From a virus (taxonomy: Duplodnaviria; Caudoviricetes), in IMG/VR virus record IMGVR_UViG_3300025889_000071: a stretch of DNA of 64,000 nucleotides, one strand, 5' to 3'. Below are positions 1 through 9,647 of this stretch, one piece after another (the first letter of the stretch is position 1; each line of letters begins with the position of its first letter). The notes under the pieces are model-generated. The model had not been told where the DNA came from. It searched no databases and saw nothing but the letters and a program-made list of their open reading frames with translations. The position numbers and the translations under genes were made by a program.

Positions 1-2
1 GA

Positions 3-3000
3 TCTATTAGTGCAATAAATGCAAACTTCACGGGCGTTACCAGTATAACATCACTTGCTCTTGGTGAACAATTAGCATTAAGTTCTTTCAGTGTAAGTTC
101 AGAATTTGTTAGTACTGCAGGTGTTAGTACACTTTCTGCCACACAAATATCAACATTAGAAGTCACTGGCATTTCCACATTAGGTCAAACCACAACTGCA
201 GGTCTTAAGAATACTGGAATTTCAACATTAGGTAATGCAACAGCAGACACTTTAGTTGTCTCTGGATTTAGTACTTTTGGTGGTTCATCTGCAACTTTAC
301 TTAACATTTCTGGTGTCTCTACACTTACTGGAGGTGTTAATGCTGATGCAGGTATTAAGGCCGCAAGATTAAGTGTTACCGGTATTACTACATTAGGTCA
401 AACTACAACTACTGGCTTTAAGAACACTGGAATTTCTACATTAGGGAATGCAACAGCAGACACTTTAGTTGTTTCTGGTGTCTCTACACTCACTGGTGGA
501 GTAAATGCTGATGCTGGAATTAAGGCTGCCAGATTAAACGTTACTGGTATTACTACTTTAGGTCAAACTACAGCATCAGGATTAAATGTTGCTGGTATTA
601 CTACATTAGGTCAAACCACAACTGCAGGTCTTAAGAACACTGGCATTTCCACTTTAGGTAATGCTACGTCAGATACTTTAGTTGTTACCGGTATTACTAC
701 ATTAGGTCAAACCACAACTGTTGGTCTCAAGAACACAGGCATTTCTACATTAGGAAATGCAACAGCAGATACATTATCTGTCTCTGGTGTTGCTACTGCA
801 AGTTCCTTCAGTGGTTCTGGTTCTGGTTTAAGTGATGGAACTGTACCAATTGCATCTCTTGATATTGATGGTGGTACAGAACTATCATCTCTGGCTAATG
901 AAGATTTATTCATTGTTGATGATGGTGCAGGTGGAACTAATCGTAAAATTACTGCAAGCAACGTAAGTGCATATGTTCTTGGTGGTGCATCAGGAAGTGT
1001 TAATTTCCAGAACTTGAATGTGAGTGGTATTGGTACAATAGTTAATCTTATATCAACTAATGCAAATATTAGTGGAGTATTAACAGCTACTAATATTGAA
1101 GGTAATGGTGATGGAATTACTTCAATTCGTGCAGGTATTCTGACCGGTTCTCTTCCTCCGATTGATGGAAGTCAACTGACAGGAATTGTTGCAACTGGTA
1201 CTGGTGTTCAAATATTTGATGGATATGGTGGTTCTTATGGATATGGTGCTGTTTATTCGGGTATTGGTATTACTTTTGTATATAATACTGATAACGTTAC
1301 TGTAGATTTCAATGCAGGAATAACAACAATTGGCCTTTCAACCTCTGTGAGCATTGGAGGTTCAATGACTGCAACATCATTCCATGGTGATGGTGCGGGT
1401 CTTACAAATGCTGGTGCTTTCAACTATGATAACACCACAAATATTTTTGCACAAAATATTACATCATTACCAAATAGAACTGATGGTGCTGATAACTTCT
1501 TTGCAGGTAGATCTGCAGGACATAATATTACTAGTGCAGACAACAATATTGCAATAGGATCTTCTAGTGGTTTAAACCTTACATCCGGACACAATAATAT
1601 ATTCCTTGGTGCTTGTGCAGGATGTAATACTGATACTGCATATCATAATGTATTCCTTGGTGCATGTGCAGGATGTAACAATAGCGGTGGCGATTATAAT
1701 ACCTTCATTGGTCAGCATTCGGGACGTGATAACACATCTGGAAATTATAATACTTTCATTGGTCGTTCTGCAGGATACAACAACAATACTGGCGATTATA
1801 ATACCTTCATTGGATATTGTGCAGGATATGACAATTGCAATGCTTCAAACAATACCTTCATTGGATATCTTGCAGGAAGGTGCAACAGCACTGGAGCTGG
1901 TAATTTCTTCGTTGGTCAGTGTGCAGGACATTTCAGTTGTAGTGGATTTTACAATAACTTCCTTGGTGATAGTGCAGGATATTGCAACACCTCTGGAACC
2001 AATAATAACTTCCTTGGTAGATGTGCAGGATGTAGTAATACCTCCGGATCTTATAATAACTTCTTTGGACATGATGCAGGATGCAAAAACACCACTGGAA
2101 GTTGTAATAACTTCATAGGCGAGTGTGCAGGATTCTGCAACACCGATACTAATGGCTCAGTAGCAATTGGACAATCAGCAGGATATCATAATGATGCTTC
2201 TGATAATGTCTTCTTGGGAAGAAATGCTGGATTTACTACTGTTACTCGTTCTTCAAGTGACCTTATTACGGGTTCTCATAACTTCATATCGGGTGTTGGA
2301 GCTGGTTCCTCATTAACCACTGGATGCAATAATACCTTCATTGGTAATAGAGTAGGAAGATACAACACCACTGGAGATTACAATAACTTTCTTGGCAATT
2401 TTGCAGGAGGAAATAACACCACTGGAGGTTGTAATAACTTCTTTGGTAATCAGGCAGGATACTACAATACCACTGCAAATAATAATAACTTCCTTGGTAG
2501 TTCTGCCGGATACAAAAACACCACTGGAAGTCATAATAACTTCCTTGGTGATAGTGCAGGATATTGCAACAATTCTGGAAGTAATAATAACTTCATTGGT
2601 GAGCGTGCAGGATTCTGCAGCGTCGATGGATGTCACAACAACTTCTTTGGTTGTCGAGCAGGATGCAAAACCACTGGAGTTTGTAATAACTTCTTTGGTG
2701 CAGCTGCAGGTGTAAGTAACACCTCTGGAAGTAATAATAACTTCTTTGGTAATGCAGGAGGAAATAATACCACTGGAAGTTATAATAACTTCTTTGGTCA
2801 GTCTGCAGGATGGGTCAACTCTTGTGGATGCCATAATAACTTCTTTGGTTGTTGTGCAGGATACAGCAACAGCACTGGATGTTATAATAACTTCTTTGGT
2901 CCTTTTGCAGGAAGATGCAACACCACTGGTTATGATAACGTAGCAATTGGCCGATGTGCAGCACATTGCAGAACCACTGGTCATAGTAATGTTTCTATAG

Positions 3001-4265
3001 GTAATTCTGCAGGTTACTTTAGTACTGGTAATAATAATACCTTTATTGGTGTCCTTGCAGGTTCAGGTTTTGCTAGTGCATCTGGTTCGTATAACATATT
3101 CTTTGGACATTGTTCAGGTCGTTCAAATACTAGTGGAGCATGTAACCTTTTTGCAGGTTTAAGAAGTGGTGCATGTAATACAACAGGAGAATTCAATATC
3201 TTCTTTGGACATTGTGCAGGACATTGCAACACTGATGGAGATTGCAACATTGTTGCTGGTTATAAGGCAGGTTTCTCAAATGAAACAGGTTGTCATAATG
3301 TCTTCCTTGGTTGGTGTGCTGGTGCCACAAGCACTAAAGGAGAACAGGTTGCAATTGGATATAATGCAAGAGTTGCTGCACCTACAGAAAGCACCCAATT
3401 AGCAATTGGTATTGGTAATACAAATTGGATTGATGGTAATGAGTCATACTTTGTTGGATTTGGAATTACTAATCCAACACAAAGAGTTGATGTTGGTGGA
3501 AACATAAAGGTTTCTGGAGAACTTCATGGTCCAACTAACTTCGTCATTGATCCAGCGGCAGTTGGTGATAATACTGGTTCGGTAAGAATTAAAGGAGACC
3601 TTTATGTTGATGGTGATAACTTTGTTGTCAATTCGGAAACAATTACTCTTGGTGATTTTGTAGTTGGTATCGCATCCACAGTTCCAAATCGCACTGAATT
3701 GGATGGTGCAGGAATTGGAATTGGCAGTGATGTTACTTTCCTTTATGATGATACAAATACTGCACTTAAATCTAATGTAAATCTGAATCTTTCTTCTGCT
3801 GATAAAACATATAAGATTAATGGAACTGATGTTCTGTCTGCAACAACGCTTGGATCTGGAGTTGTTAATTCTTCACTAACATCTGTTGGAAATCTTACAT
3901 CATTAACTGTTAGTGGGGATGTTAGTGTCAATGGTAGTGGAGGTATTTCGGTTGTCGGTGTTGTAACTGCATCTGACTTCAATTCAACTTCTGATCAAAA
4001 ACTGAAGACAAACATACAGAGAGTTGAAAATGCAGTTGATAAGGTACAACAAATTGATGGTGTATCATTCAATTGGATTGAAAATAATAAACCTTCTATG
4101 GGTGTTATTGCTGACCAGGTTGAAAAAGTTCTGCCTGAACTGGTAAGTAATACCGATCCGAAGACGGTTAATTACAACGGATTGATAGGTCTTCTGATTG
4201 AGGTTGTAAAAGAACAACAAACACAAATTAATGATTTGAACGAAAGACTATCAAGACTTGAGTGA
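3..4265 (+). CDS. Tail fibre/adhesin with 16-aa and Cys-rich 14-aa repeats and a C-terminal peptidase S74 intramolecular chaperone (5' partial)
   Basis: Hand translation shows the frame open from base 3 into the 1014..4265 ORF with no stop, so the true start lies upstream of the window. The C-terminus TSDQKLKTNI...VSFNW...MGVIADQVEKVLPELV plus a coiled coil is typical of S74 chaperones. Confidence 0.9.
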   Translation, partial: SISAINANFTGVTSITSLALGEQLALSSFSVSSEFVSTAGVSTLSATQISTLEVTGISTLGQTTTAGLKNTGISTLGNATADTLVVSGFSTFGGSSATLLNISGVSTLTGGVNADAGIKAARLSVTGITTLGQTTTTGFKNTGISTLGNATADTLVVSGVSTLTGGVNADAGIKAARLNVTGITTLGQTTASGLNVAGITTLGQTTTAGLKNTGISTLGNATSDTLVVTGITTLGQTTTVGLKNTGISTLGNATADTLSVSGVATASSFSGSGSGLSDGTVPIASLDIDGGTELSSLANEDLFIVDDGAGGTNRKITASNVSAYVLGGASGSVNFQNLNVSGIGTIVNLISTNANISGVLTATNIEGNGDGITSIRAGILTGSLPPIDGSQLTGIVATGTGVQIFDGYGGSYGYGAVYSGIGITFVYNTDNVTVDFNAGITTIGLSTSVSIGGSMTATSFHGDGAGLTNAGAFNYDNTTNIFAQNITSLPNRTDGADNFFAGRSAGHNITSADNNIAIGSSSGLNLTSGHNNIFLGACAGCNTDTAYHNVFLGACAGCNNSGGDYNTFIGQHSGRDNTSGNYNTFIGRSAGYNNNTGDYNTFIGYCAGYDNCNASNNTFIGYLAGRCNSTGAGNFFVGQCAGHFSCSGFYNNFLGDSAGYCNTSGTNNNFLGRCAGCSNTSGSYNNFFGHDAGCKNTTGSCNNFIGECAGFCNTDTNGSVAIGQSAGYHNDASDNVFLGRNAGFTTVTRSSSDLITGSHNFISGVGAGSSLTTGCNNTFIGNRVGRYNTTGDYNNFLGNFAGGNNTTGGCNNFFGNQAGYYNTTANNNNFLGSSAGYKNTTGSHNNFLGDSAGYCNNSGSNNNFIGERAGFCSVDGCHNNFFGCRAGCKTTGVCNNFFGAAAGVSNTSGSNNNFFGNAGGNNTTGSYNNFFGQSAGWVNSCGCHNNFFGCCAGYSNSTGCYNNFFGPFAGRCNTTGYDNVAIGRCAAHCRTTGHSNVSIGNSAGYFSTGNNNTFIGVLAGSGFASASGSYNIFFGHCSGRSNTSGACNLFAGLRSGACNTTGEFNIFFGHCAGHCNTDGDCNIVAGYKAGFSNETGCHNVFLGWCAGATSTKGEQVAIGYNARVAAPTESTQLAIGIGNTNWIDGNESYFVGFGITNPTQRVDVGGNIKVSGELHGPTNFVIDPAAVGDNTGSVRIKGDLYVDGDNFVVNSETITLGDFVVGIASTVPNRTELDGAGIGIGSDVTFLYDDTNTALKSNVNLNLSSADKTYKINGTDVLSATTLGSGVVNSSLTSVGNLTSLTVSGDVSVNGSGGISVVGVVTASDFNSTSDQKLKTNIQRVENAVDKVQQIDGVSFNWIENNKPSMGVIADQVEKVLPELVSNTDPKTVNYNGLIGLLIEVVKEQQTQINDLNERLSRLE
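169..790 (+). repeat. In-frame 48-nt (16-aa) tandem repeats, GI(S/T)TLG(Q/N)xTxxxLxxx, with 23-aa variants
   Basis: Units such as GISTLGQTTTAGLKNT and GISTLGNATADTLVVS recur about 12 times. Confidence 0.9.
1483..3330 (+). repeat. 42-nt (14-aa) repeat array, NNF(F/L/I)GxxAGxxNTTG, Cys-rich
   Basis: Directly visible in the translation of the first fibre; boundaries approximate. Confidence 0.9.
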
Positions 4266-4267
4266 TT

Positions 4268-4275
4268 ACTAAATA
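4268..4275 (+). promoter_or_regulatory. T4-type late promoter (ACTAAATA)
   Basis: TAAATA core right after a stop codon and about 35 nt before the fibre ATG; matches the gp55 late consensus TATAAATA. Confidence 0.65.
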
Positions 4276-4309
4276 ATAAAAAACTACCCAGTATATACGA
4301 GGACGGTAG

Positions 4310-7300
4310 ATGGCTATTAAAATTTCCAATTCTACTATTATCGATGATAATAGAGATATTCTAAATGCTGGAACCACGGGTGTTGGAACTATAACCGTTG
4401 GTTCTGGCGTTACAATTTACAATGAGGGTGGTGGTAGTGCATACATTGGATTTGCAACTCATAATGTTAGAATTGGAGATAGCACAACAGGTCAATCATT
4501 AACAAGCGGAAAAAATAATACTTTTATTGGTGTTGGTGCAGGACGTAGCAACACCTCTGGAACTAATAATATCTTCTTTGGTCAACAATCAGGATTCTGT
4601 AATACTTATTCTAATGGTTCTGTAGCAATTGGTGCATCAGCAGGATATCATAATAATGGTGATGACAATGTTTTTATTGGCCGAAATGCTGGATTTACTA
4701 CTGCTACTCGTTTTTCAGGTAATCTCATTTCAGGTTCTAATAATTTTATATCAGGTGTTGGAGCTGGTTCATCATTAACCTTTTCAAACCATAATGTCTT
4801 TATTGGTCTTTGTGCAGGACACTATACCACTACCGGAAGTTATAATATATTCCTTGGAAAATTTTCAGGATGTAGCAACACTACCGGAGGATATAATAAT
4901 TTCTTTGGGGCATGTGCAGGATATTCTAACACTAGTGGATGTCATAATAACTTCTTTGGACACTATGCAGGATGTTCTAACACCAGTGGAAAGTATAACA
5001 ATTTCCTAGGCCTCAGTGCAGGATGTAATAATACCGAAGGATGGTATAACAACTTCCTTGGTATTTGTGCAGGATTCAAAAACACCACTGGATGTGATAA
5101 CAACTTCCTTGGTCAGTGTGCAGGAGTTTGTAACACCACTGGATGTAATAACAACTTCCTTGGTGAGTGTGCAGGATTAAAAAACACCACTGGATGTGAT
5201 AATAACTTCCTTGGTCTTCGTGCAGGAGTTTGTAACACTGAAGGATGTCATAATAACTTCCTTGGTGAGTGTGCAGGATTCAAAAACACTACCGGATCAT
5301 ATAATAACTTCCTTGGTCCCTCTGCAGGCAAATGTAATACTACTGGAGGTTCAAATAATTTCTTCGGAGTTCTTGCAGGATTCCGTAATACTGTTGAGTG
5401 TGGAAATGTTTATATTGGGGAATGTGCAGGATATAATTCACAGGGACATACTGCATGGGATAGTGTTGATGCAAGTGAGCAATATAACACCTTTATAGGA
5501 TATAGAGCTGGATTCTCTACAGCATCTCCATATGGATTTTCGCGTAGAAACGTTGCAATCGGATATTGTGCAGCTGGTTCTATAGGAGTAGCTTTCCCTC
5601 AACAAGGTGGAATAGATTATTGCCCAATTTCCAACATATTCATTGGAGAATGTGCTGGTTATAATGCTAATGGCGACATGTATGATAACGTTTTCCTTGG
5701 AAGATATGCAGGGGAAAAAGCTTCAGGTTGTGTCACCAATAACGTTGCTATTGGACGTAGTGCTCTTGGTTATGCTGAAAATAATTTATGGAATGCCTTG
5801 TCCAAATCCGAGCATAATATAGCAATTGGATATTTTGCTGGTTATTTATCTCGTGATGGATGTTATAATAACTTCCAGGGATATCAGGCAGGATGTAGTA
5901 ACACTACTGGATGGCATAATAACTTCTTTGGACAACAAGCAGGATTGTGCAACACCACTGGATGCTATAATAACTTCCTTGGACGATGGGCAGGATGCTT
6001 CAACACCACTGGAAGTGTTAATAACTTCATTGGTTATTGTGCAGGATGTAGCAACACCACTGGATCCAATAATAACTTTCTTGGACAAGGTGCAGGAAAG
6101 TGCAACACCTGTGGAGGTTGTAATAACTTCATTGGATGTGCTGCAGGACGGTCCAACACCACTGGATGTTATAATAACTTCTTTGGCAGAAGGGCAGGAT
6201 ACGGTAACACCACTGGATTCCATAATAATTTTATTGGTCATATGGCAGGATGTAATAACCTCTCTGGAAATTCCAATAACTTCATTGGATATCAGGCAGG
6301 CCTGAACAACACCTCTGGAGATTGTAATAACTTCTTTGGATCTATGGCAGGAAGAGCCAACACCACTGCATGTCATAATAACTTCATTGGTTCATGTGCA
6401 GGATGCAGAGTCAACACCGGAGGTTATAATAATTTCTTTGGTAATTTTGCAGGAAGGTATATCACTACTGGATGTCATAATAACATCCTTGGCCATTGTG
6501 CAGGACATGGCACCTTTGCAATTGGAGAAACAATAAATGGATGCCATAACAACTTCTTTGGACAATATGCAGGGATCTCGATTACTTCCGCAAGTTATAA
6601 TAACTTTATTGGTTTTCGTGCAGGTGAAGGTCAGAAAAATGTATTATTTTACAGTAATTGTGCGACAGGGTGCCATAATAACTTCTTTGGAAGTTATGCT
6701 GGTCGTTATAATCTCTCTGGTTCTAGCAATATTTTCCTAGGTCAATGTGCAGGTAACACAAATACCACTGGTTCTTGTAATATTGCCATTGGTAGGGATG
6801 TAGAGCTTCCATCTGCAACTGGTGACAAACAACTTGCAATCGGTGATGGAACTGATCGTTGGATTAGTGGTGATAGTGATTTCATTGTAACTGCAAATGT
6901 AAGAGGATCCACACGTCAGATTGTTGGTTATAGCACTGATGCTACTTTTACACAACCAATAACTGCAGCCCAATTTAACACTATTGATGATATGGCTATT
7001 GAGATTACTCTTAACAGTGCTTCAAATAAAGTTCTTGTTACTTTTGATCTTACTGGAGAATTTGCTAATACCGCTAGTAATTATGATACTGGCATTTCTA
7101 TTCAAAGACATAGTGGCAATTATGCAGGTGGATTCATAGATGTGGCACCAGGAGAGACCGCTGCCGGATATCATAATTCTGCTGGAAGCAGAAATCGTGG
7201 AATAACAACACCAGTTGTGAATTATTCTCAAGACGCTGCCAGCACTGCAGAAAAACTATCAATTATCAATTTCCTGGATAGTCCAAATACAACTGGTATT

Positions 7301-7432
7301 GTGACATATTACCCAACAATTTATCCAAGAATCACCGACACTTGGTATGGTAATAGAACGGTCGCTGATACTGACGGCAATCAACATGAAAGATTTATTT
7401 CATACATCACTCTTCAAGAAATTGTTGGTTGA
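4310..7432 (+). CDS. Second fibre/adhesin-like virion protein with Cys-rich 14-aa repeats
   Basis: 1040 aa. MAIKISNSTIIDD fibre-type N-terminus, the same repeat family as the upstream gene, a globular C-terminal domain, and a GAGGA RBS. Confidence 0.85.
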   Translation: MAIKISNSTIIDDNRDILNAGTTGVGTITVGSGVTIYNEGGGSAYIGFATHNVRIGDSTTGQSLTSGKNNTFIGVGAGRSNTSGTNNIFFGQQSGFCNTYSNGSVAIGASAGYHNNGDDNVFIGRNAGFTTATRFSGNLISGSNNFISGVGAGSSLTFSNHNVFIGLCAGHYTTTGSYNIFLGKFSGCSNTTGGYNNFFGACAGYSNTSGCHNNFFGHYAGCSNTSGKYNNFLGLSAGCNNTEGWYNNFLGICAGFKNTTGCDNNFLGQCAGVCNTTGCNNNFLGECAGLKNTTGCDNNFLGLRAGVCNTEGCHNNFLGECAGFKNTTGSYNNFLGPSAGKCNTTGGSNNFFGVLAGFRNTVECGNVYIGECAGYNSQGHTAWDSVDASEQYNTFIGYRAGFSTASPYGFSRRNVAIGYCAAGSIGVAFPQQGGIDYCPISNIFIGECAGYNANGDMYDNVFLGRYAGEKASGCVTNNVAIGRSALGYAENNLWNALSKSEHNIAIGYFAGYLSRDGCYNNFQGYQAGCSNTTGWHNNFFGQQAGLCNTTGCYNNFLGRWAGCFNTTGSVNNFIGYCAGCSNTTGSNNNFLGQGAGKCNTCGGCNNFIGCAAGRSNTTGCYNNFFGRRAGYGNTTGFHNNFIGHMAGCNNLSGNSNNFIGYQAGLNNTSGDCNNFFGSMAGRANTTACHNNFIGSCAGCRVNTGGYNNFFGNFAGRYITTGCHNNILGHCAGHGTFAIGETINGCHNNFFGQYAGISITSASYNNFIGFRAGEGQKNVLFYSNCATGCHNNFFGSYAGRYNLSGSSNIFLGQCAGNTNTTGSCNIAIGRDVELPSATGDKQLAIGDGTDRWISGDSDFIVTANVRGSTRQIVGYSTDATFTQPITAAQFNTIDDMAIEITLNSASNKVLVTFDLTGEFANTASNYDTGISIQRHSGNYAGGFIDVAPGETAAGYHNSAGSRNRGITTPVVNYSQDAASTAEKLSIINFLDSPNTTGIVTYYPTIYPRITDTWYGNRTVADTDGNQHERFISYITLQEIVG
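4510..6810 (+). repeat. 42-nt (14-aa) Cys-rich repeat array in fibre 2
   Basis: NNNFLGxCAGxxNTTG units visible in the translation; boundaries approximate. Confidence 0.9.
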
Positions 7433-7481
7433 TCTCTTTTTATAGAGAATGTTATAGTGTAATTGAGGTTATTGATTAAGA

Positions 7482-7489
7482 ACTAAATA
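7482..7489 (+). promoter_or_regulatory. T4-type late promoter (ACTAAATA)
   Basis: TAAATA core 30 nt upstream of the sulfotransferase ATG. Confidence 0.6.
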
Positions 7490-7518
7490 CAGTATGATTG
7501 ATTGAGTTGTATTATTCT

Positions 7519-8427
7519 ATGGCATTTCTTTCACAATTGAGCAACAAGAATAAGTCAGGTTCAGAAAGAAAGTTTTACTTTATGGCAGGTCTTCCACGTT
7601 CTGGAAGTAGTTTATTATCTGCACTATTGAATCAAAATCCAAGATTTTATTCTGGACCTTCAAGTCCTGTTCTTTCAACAATGTATTCAATTGAAAATCA
7701 TCTGGCAAATGATGAATTATATCATGGTTATCCAAAAGAACAACAGGCATTTGAATTGATTTCTAGTGTCATTCATCACTTCTATAGTGATGTATCTGAC
7801 CCAGTGATTATAGATAAAAATCGTGCATGGCCTGCAAGAGTATCATATATTGAAGGGTATATTGGACATAAAGCAAAGATTATTTGTCCTGTAAGAGACA
7901 TTGATGAGATTCTGACATCAATGATTACGATGATTCGTCGTAATCCTTACAAAGAGGGACAATCAAGAATTAACTTTATTGATGAACAATTGGTTAAACT
8001 CAATATTCCAATCAGTGATGATAATCGTTGCGAGTATATTGCAGGTCCTGAAGGTATTTTGGGACAATCACTCAATGCAATGATGGAAGGTGTAAATCAA
8101 GGATTTGCAGATAGATTGCATTTTGTAGAGTATAAAGACCTCGTAAATAAACCTCAAGAAACACTTAATCAAGTGTATGAATTTCTTGAAGAAGAACCAT
8201 TTGAGCACACATTTGATAATCTTAAGAATGAAAATCAAGAGAATGATTTGAATACTTATGGGCTTGCAGATATGCACCATGTTCGTGCAGAACTTAAATC
8301 AACAGCATCAAATCCAGAAGAGATTCTTTCTCTAGATGTTAGAAAAAGATGTGAAGGCATGGACATTTGGCGTCAAATCAATTATAATCAGAATGAACAA
8401 GTTGTACCTAATGTAATTAAGATATAA
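7519..8427 (+). CDS. Sulfotransferase family protein (PAPS-dependent, P-loop fold)
   Basis: GLPRSGSSLL 5'-PSB loop, DKNRAW, VRDIDEILTS 3'-PB motif and FVEYKDLV. Start taken at the first ATG. Confidence 0.85.
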   Translation: MAFLSQLSNKNKSGSERKFYFMAGLPRSGSSLLSALLNQNPRFYSGPSSPVLSTMYSIENHLANDELYHGYPKEQQAFELISSVIHHFYSDVSDPVIIDKNRAWPARVSYIEGYIGHKAKIICPVRDIDEILTSMITMIRRNPYKEGQSRINFIDEQLVKLNIPISDDNRCEYIAGPEGILGQSLNAMMEGVNQGFADRLHFVEYKDLVNKPQETLNQVYEFLEEEPFEHTFDNLKNENQENDLNTYGLADMHHVRAELKSTASNPEEILSLDVRKRCEGMDIWRQINYNQNEQVVPNVIKI

Positions 8428-8428
8428 A

Positions 8429-9343
8429 ATGAAAGAAAAGTATTGTATTTTTCATGTTCAAGGTGGACTTGGAAAGCACATTGCATCTACAGCAGTTGCA
8501 AAGTGTATTAAAAATAATTATCCAGAACGAAAACTCATCGTAGTTGCCGTTTATACTGACGTATATCTTAATCTTCCCTTCATTGATAGGGTATATCAAT
8601 TAGGAAATACGAATTATTTTTACCAAAACTATATTGAAAATAAGGACTCTTTGATTTTTCATAATGAGCCTTATTTTACAACAGATCATGTTCATAAACG
8701 TCTTCCACTAATTCAAACTTGGTGCAAGATGTATGGTTTGAATTATCGTGGAGAGATGCCACAAATTAAATTCAATCCACTACAAAAGAAAATTTCCAAA
8801 GATGTATGGAAAAAAGGTGATAAACCAATGATGGTTATTCACACTAATGGTGGATTGATTGAACCAAATGCAAGACCATATCTATGGGCACGAGATATGC
8901 CCATAGATATTGCACAAGAAATTGTTGACAAATACCATAAAGATTATACGATTTATCAGTGCACAAAGGTCAATTCAGAAAAATGTATCAATGCCGAAAT
9001 CATTGAATTCGGATTTGAACAAGGTAGTATGCAGTTAGGAATCCTTGAGTTTTTGAGTATTATTTTACATAGTGACAAGAGGATTCTGATTGATAGTTCA
9101 CTACAACATGCTGCAGCTGCACTGAAACTTCCATCATTGGTTCTTTGGAATGGAACAAGTCCAAAGGTATTTGGATATGATATGCACACAAACCTTGAAA
9201 CTATCAAACCACAAAACTTCAAACTTCCCGGAAGTTATTTGTTTGATTTTGATTTCAATGGTCCAGAGCATGAATATCCATTTGATGAGGATGAGAAGTT
9301 ATTTGATACTGACAAAATTTTTCAATACATAGAAGAGAAGTAA
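8429..9343 (+). CDS. GT-B glycosyltransferase, GT9/heptosyltransferase-like
   Basis: N-terminal GGLGKHI and C-terminal IDSSLQHAAAALKLPSLVLWNGTSPKVFGY resemble the GT9 DSGxxHxAAAxxxPxxxLxGxTxP signature. Confidence 0.75.
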   Translation: MKEKYCIFHVQGGLGKHIASTAVAKCIKNNYPERKLIVVAVYTDVYLNLPFIDRVYQLGNTNYFYQNYIENKDSLIFHNEPYFTTDHVHKRLPLIQTWCKMYGLNYRGEMPQIKFNPLQKKISKDVWKKGDKPMMVIHTNGGLIEPNARPYLWARDMPIDIAQEIVDKYHKDYTIYQCTKVNSEKCINAEIIEFGFEQGSMQLGILEFLSIILHSDKRILIDSSLQHAAAALKLPSLVLWNGTSPKVFGYDMHTNLETIKPQNFKLPGSYLFDFDFNGPEHEYPFDEDEKLFDTDKIFQYIEEK

Positions 9344-9355
9344 AGGAGTAAAGTT

Positions 9356-9589
9356 ATGCCTTCAGAAGAAATGACCCCAGAAGAAATCGCAGGAACATAC
9401 AATGCTGCGATGGACAGTGTAAATCTCATCAATAGAATTGTAGAGCAAGAAATTCTTTCAGAAGATGATGAAGATACTGTTAGTCGTAATGTAGAACATC
9501 TTAAGATTCAAGTAGGAAAAGATTTTTGGACTACAGAAGATCTAACACCATTCAATGATGCGATCACAGCTGGTGAAGCAGTTCTCTGA
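9356..9589 (+). CDS. Small acidic tail-fibre-associated protein
   Basis: AGGAG RBS. The YxAAMDSVNLIN...RNxEHL...KDFWTTED pattern resembles proteins I recall following phage fibre genes. Confidence 0.55.
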   Translation: MPSEEMTPEEIAGTYNAAMDSVNLINRIVEQEILSEDDEDTVSRNVEHLKIQVGKDFWTTEDLTPFNDAITAGEAVL

Positions 9590-9610
9590 TTATCATTCGT
9601 AACAACACTT

Positions 9611-9642
9611 ACCTCTTGAACTTTTGTTTCAGGAGGTTTTTT
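9611..9642 (+). terminator. Intrinsic terminator ending the fibre operon
   Basis: 10-bp stem ACCTCTTGAA/TTCAGGAGGT followed by TTTTT. Confidence 0.85.
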
Positions 9643-9647
9643 AATGC

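Noticed and set aside
1483-6810. Diversity-generating retroelement acting on the fibre repeats
   Set aside because: There is no reverse transcriptase in the window and no TR/VR pair differing only at adenines; the variation looks like ordinary repeat divergence.
1606-7231. Alternative-frame and antisense ORFs over the fibre genes (e.g. 1606-2118, 2313-2984, 5826-6305)
   Set aside because: These are shadows of 42-nt repeats lacking stops in other frames; their products are low-complexity V/I/T/S strings with no RBS.
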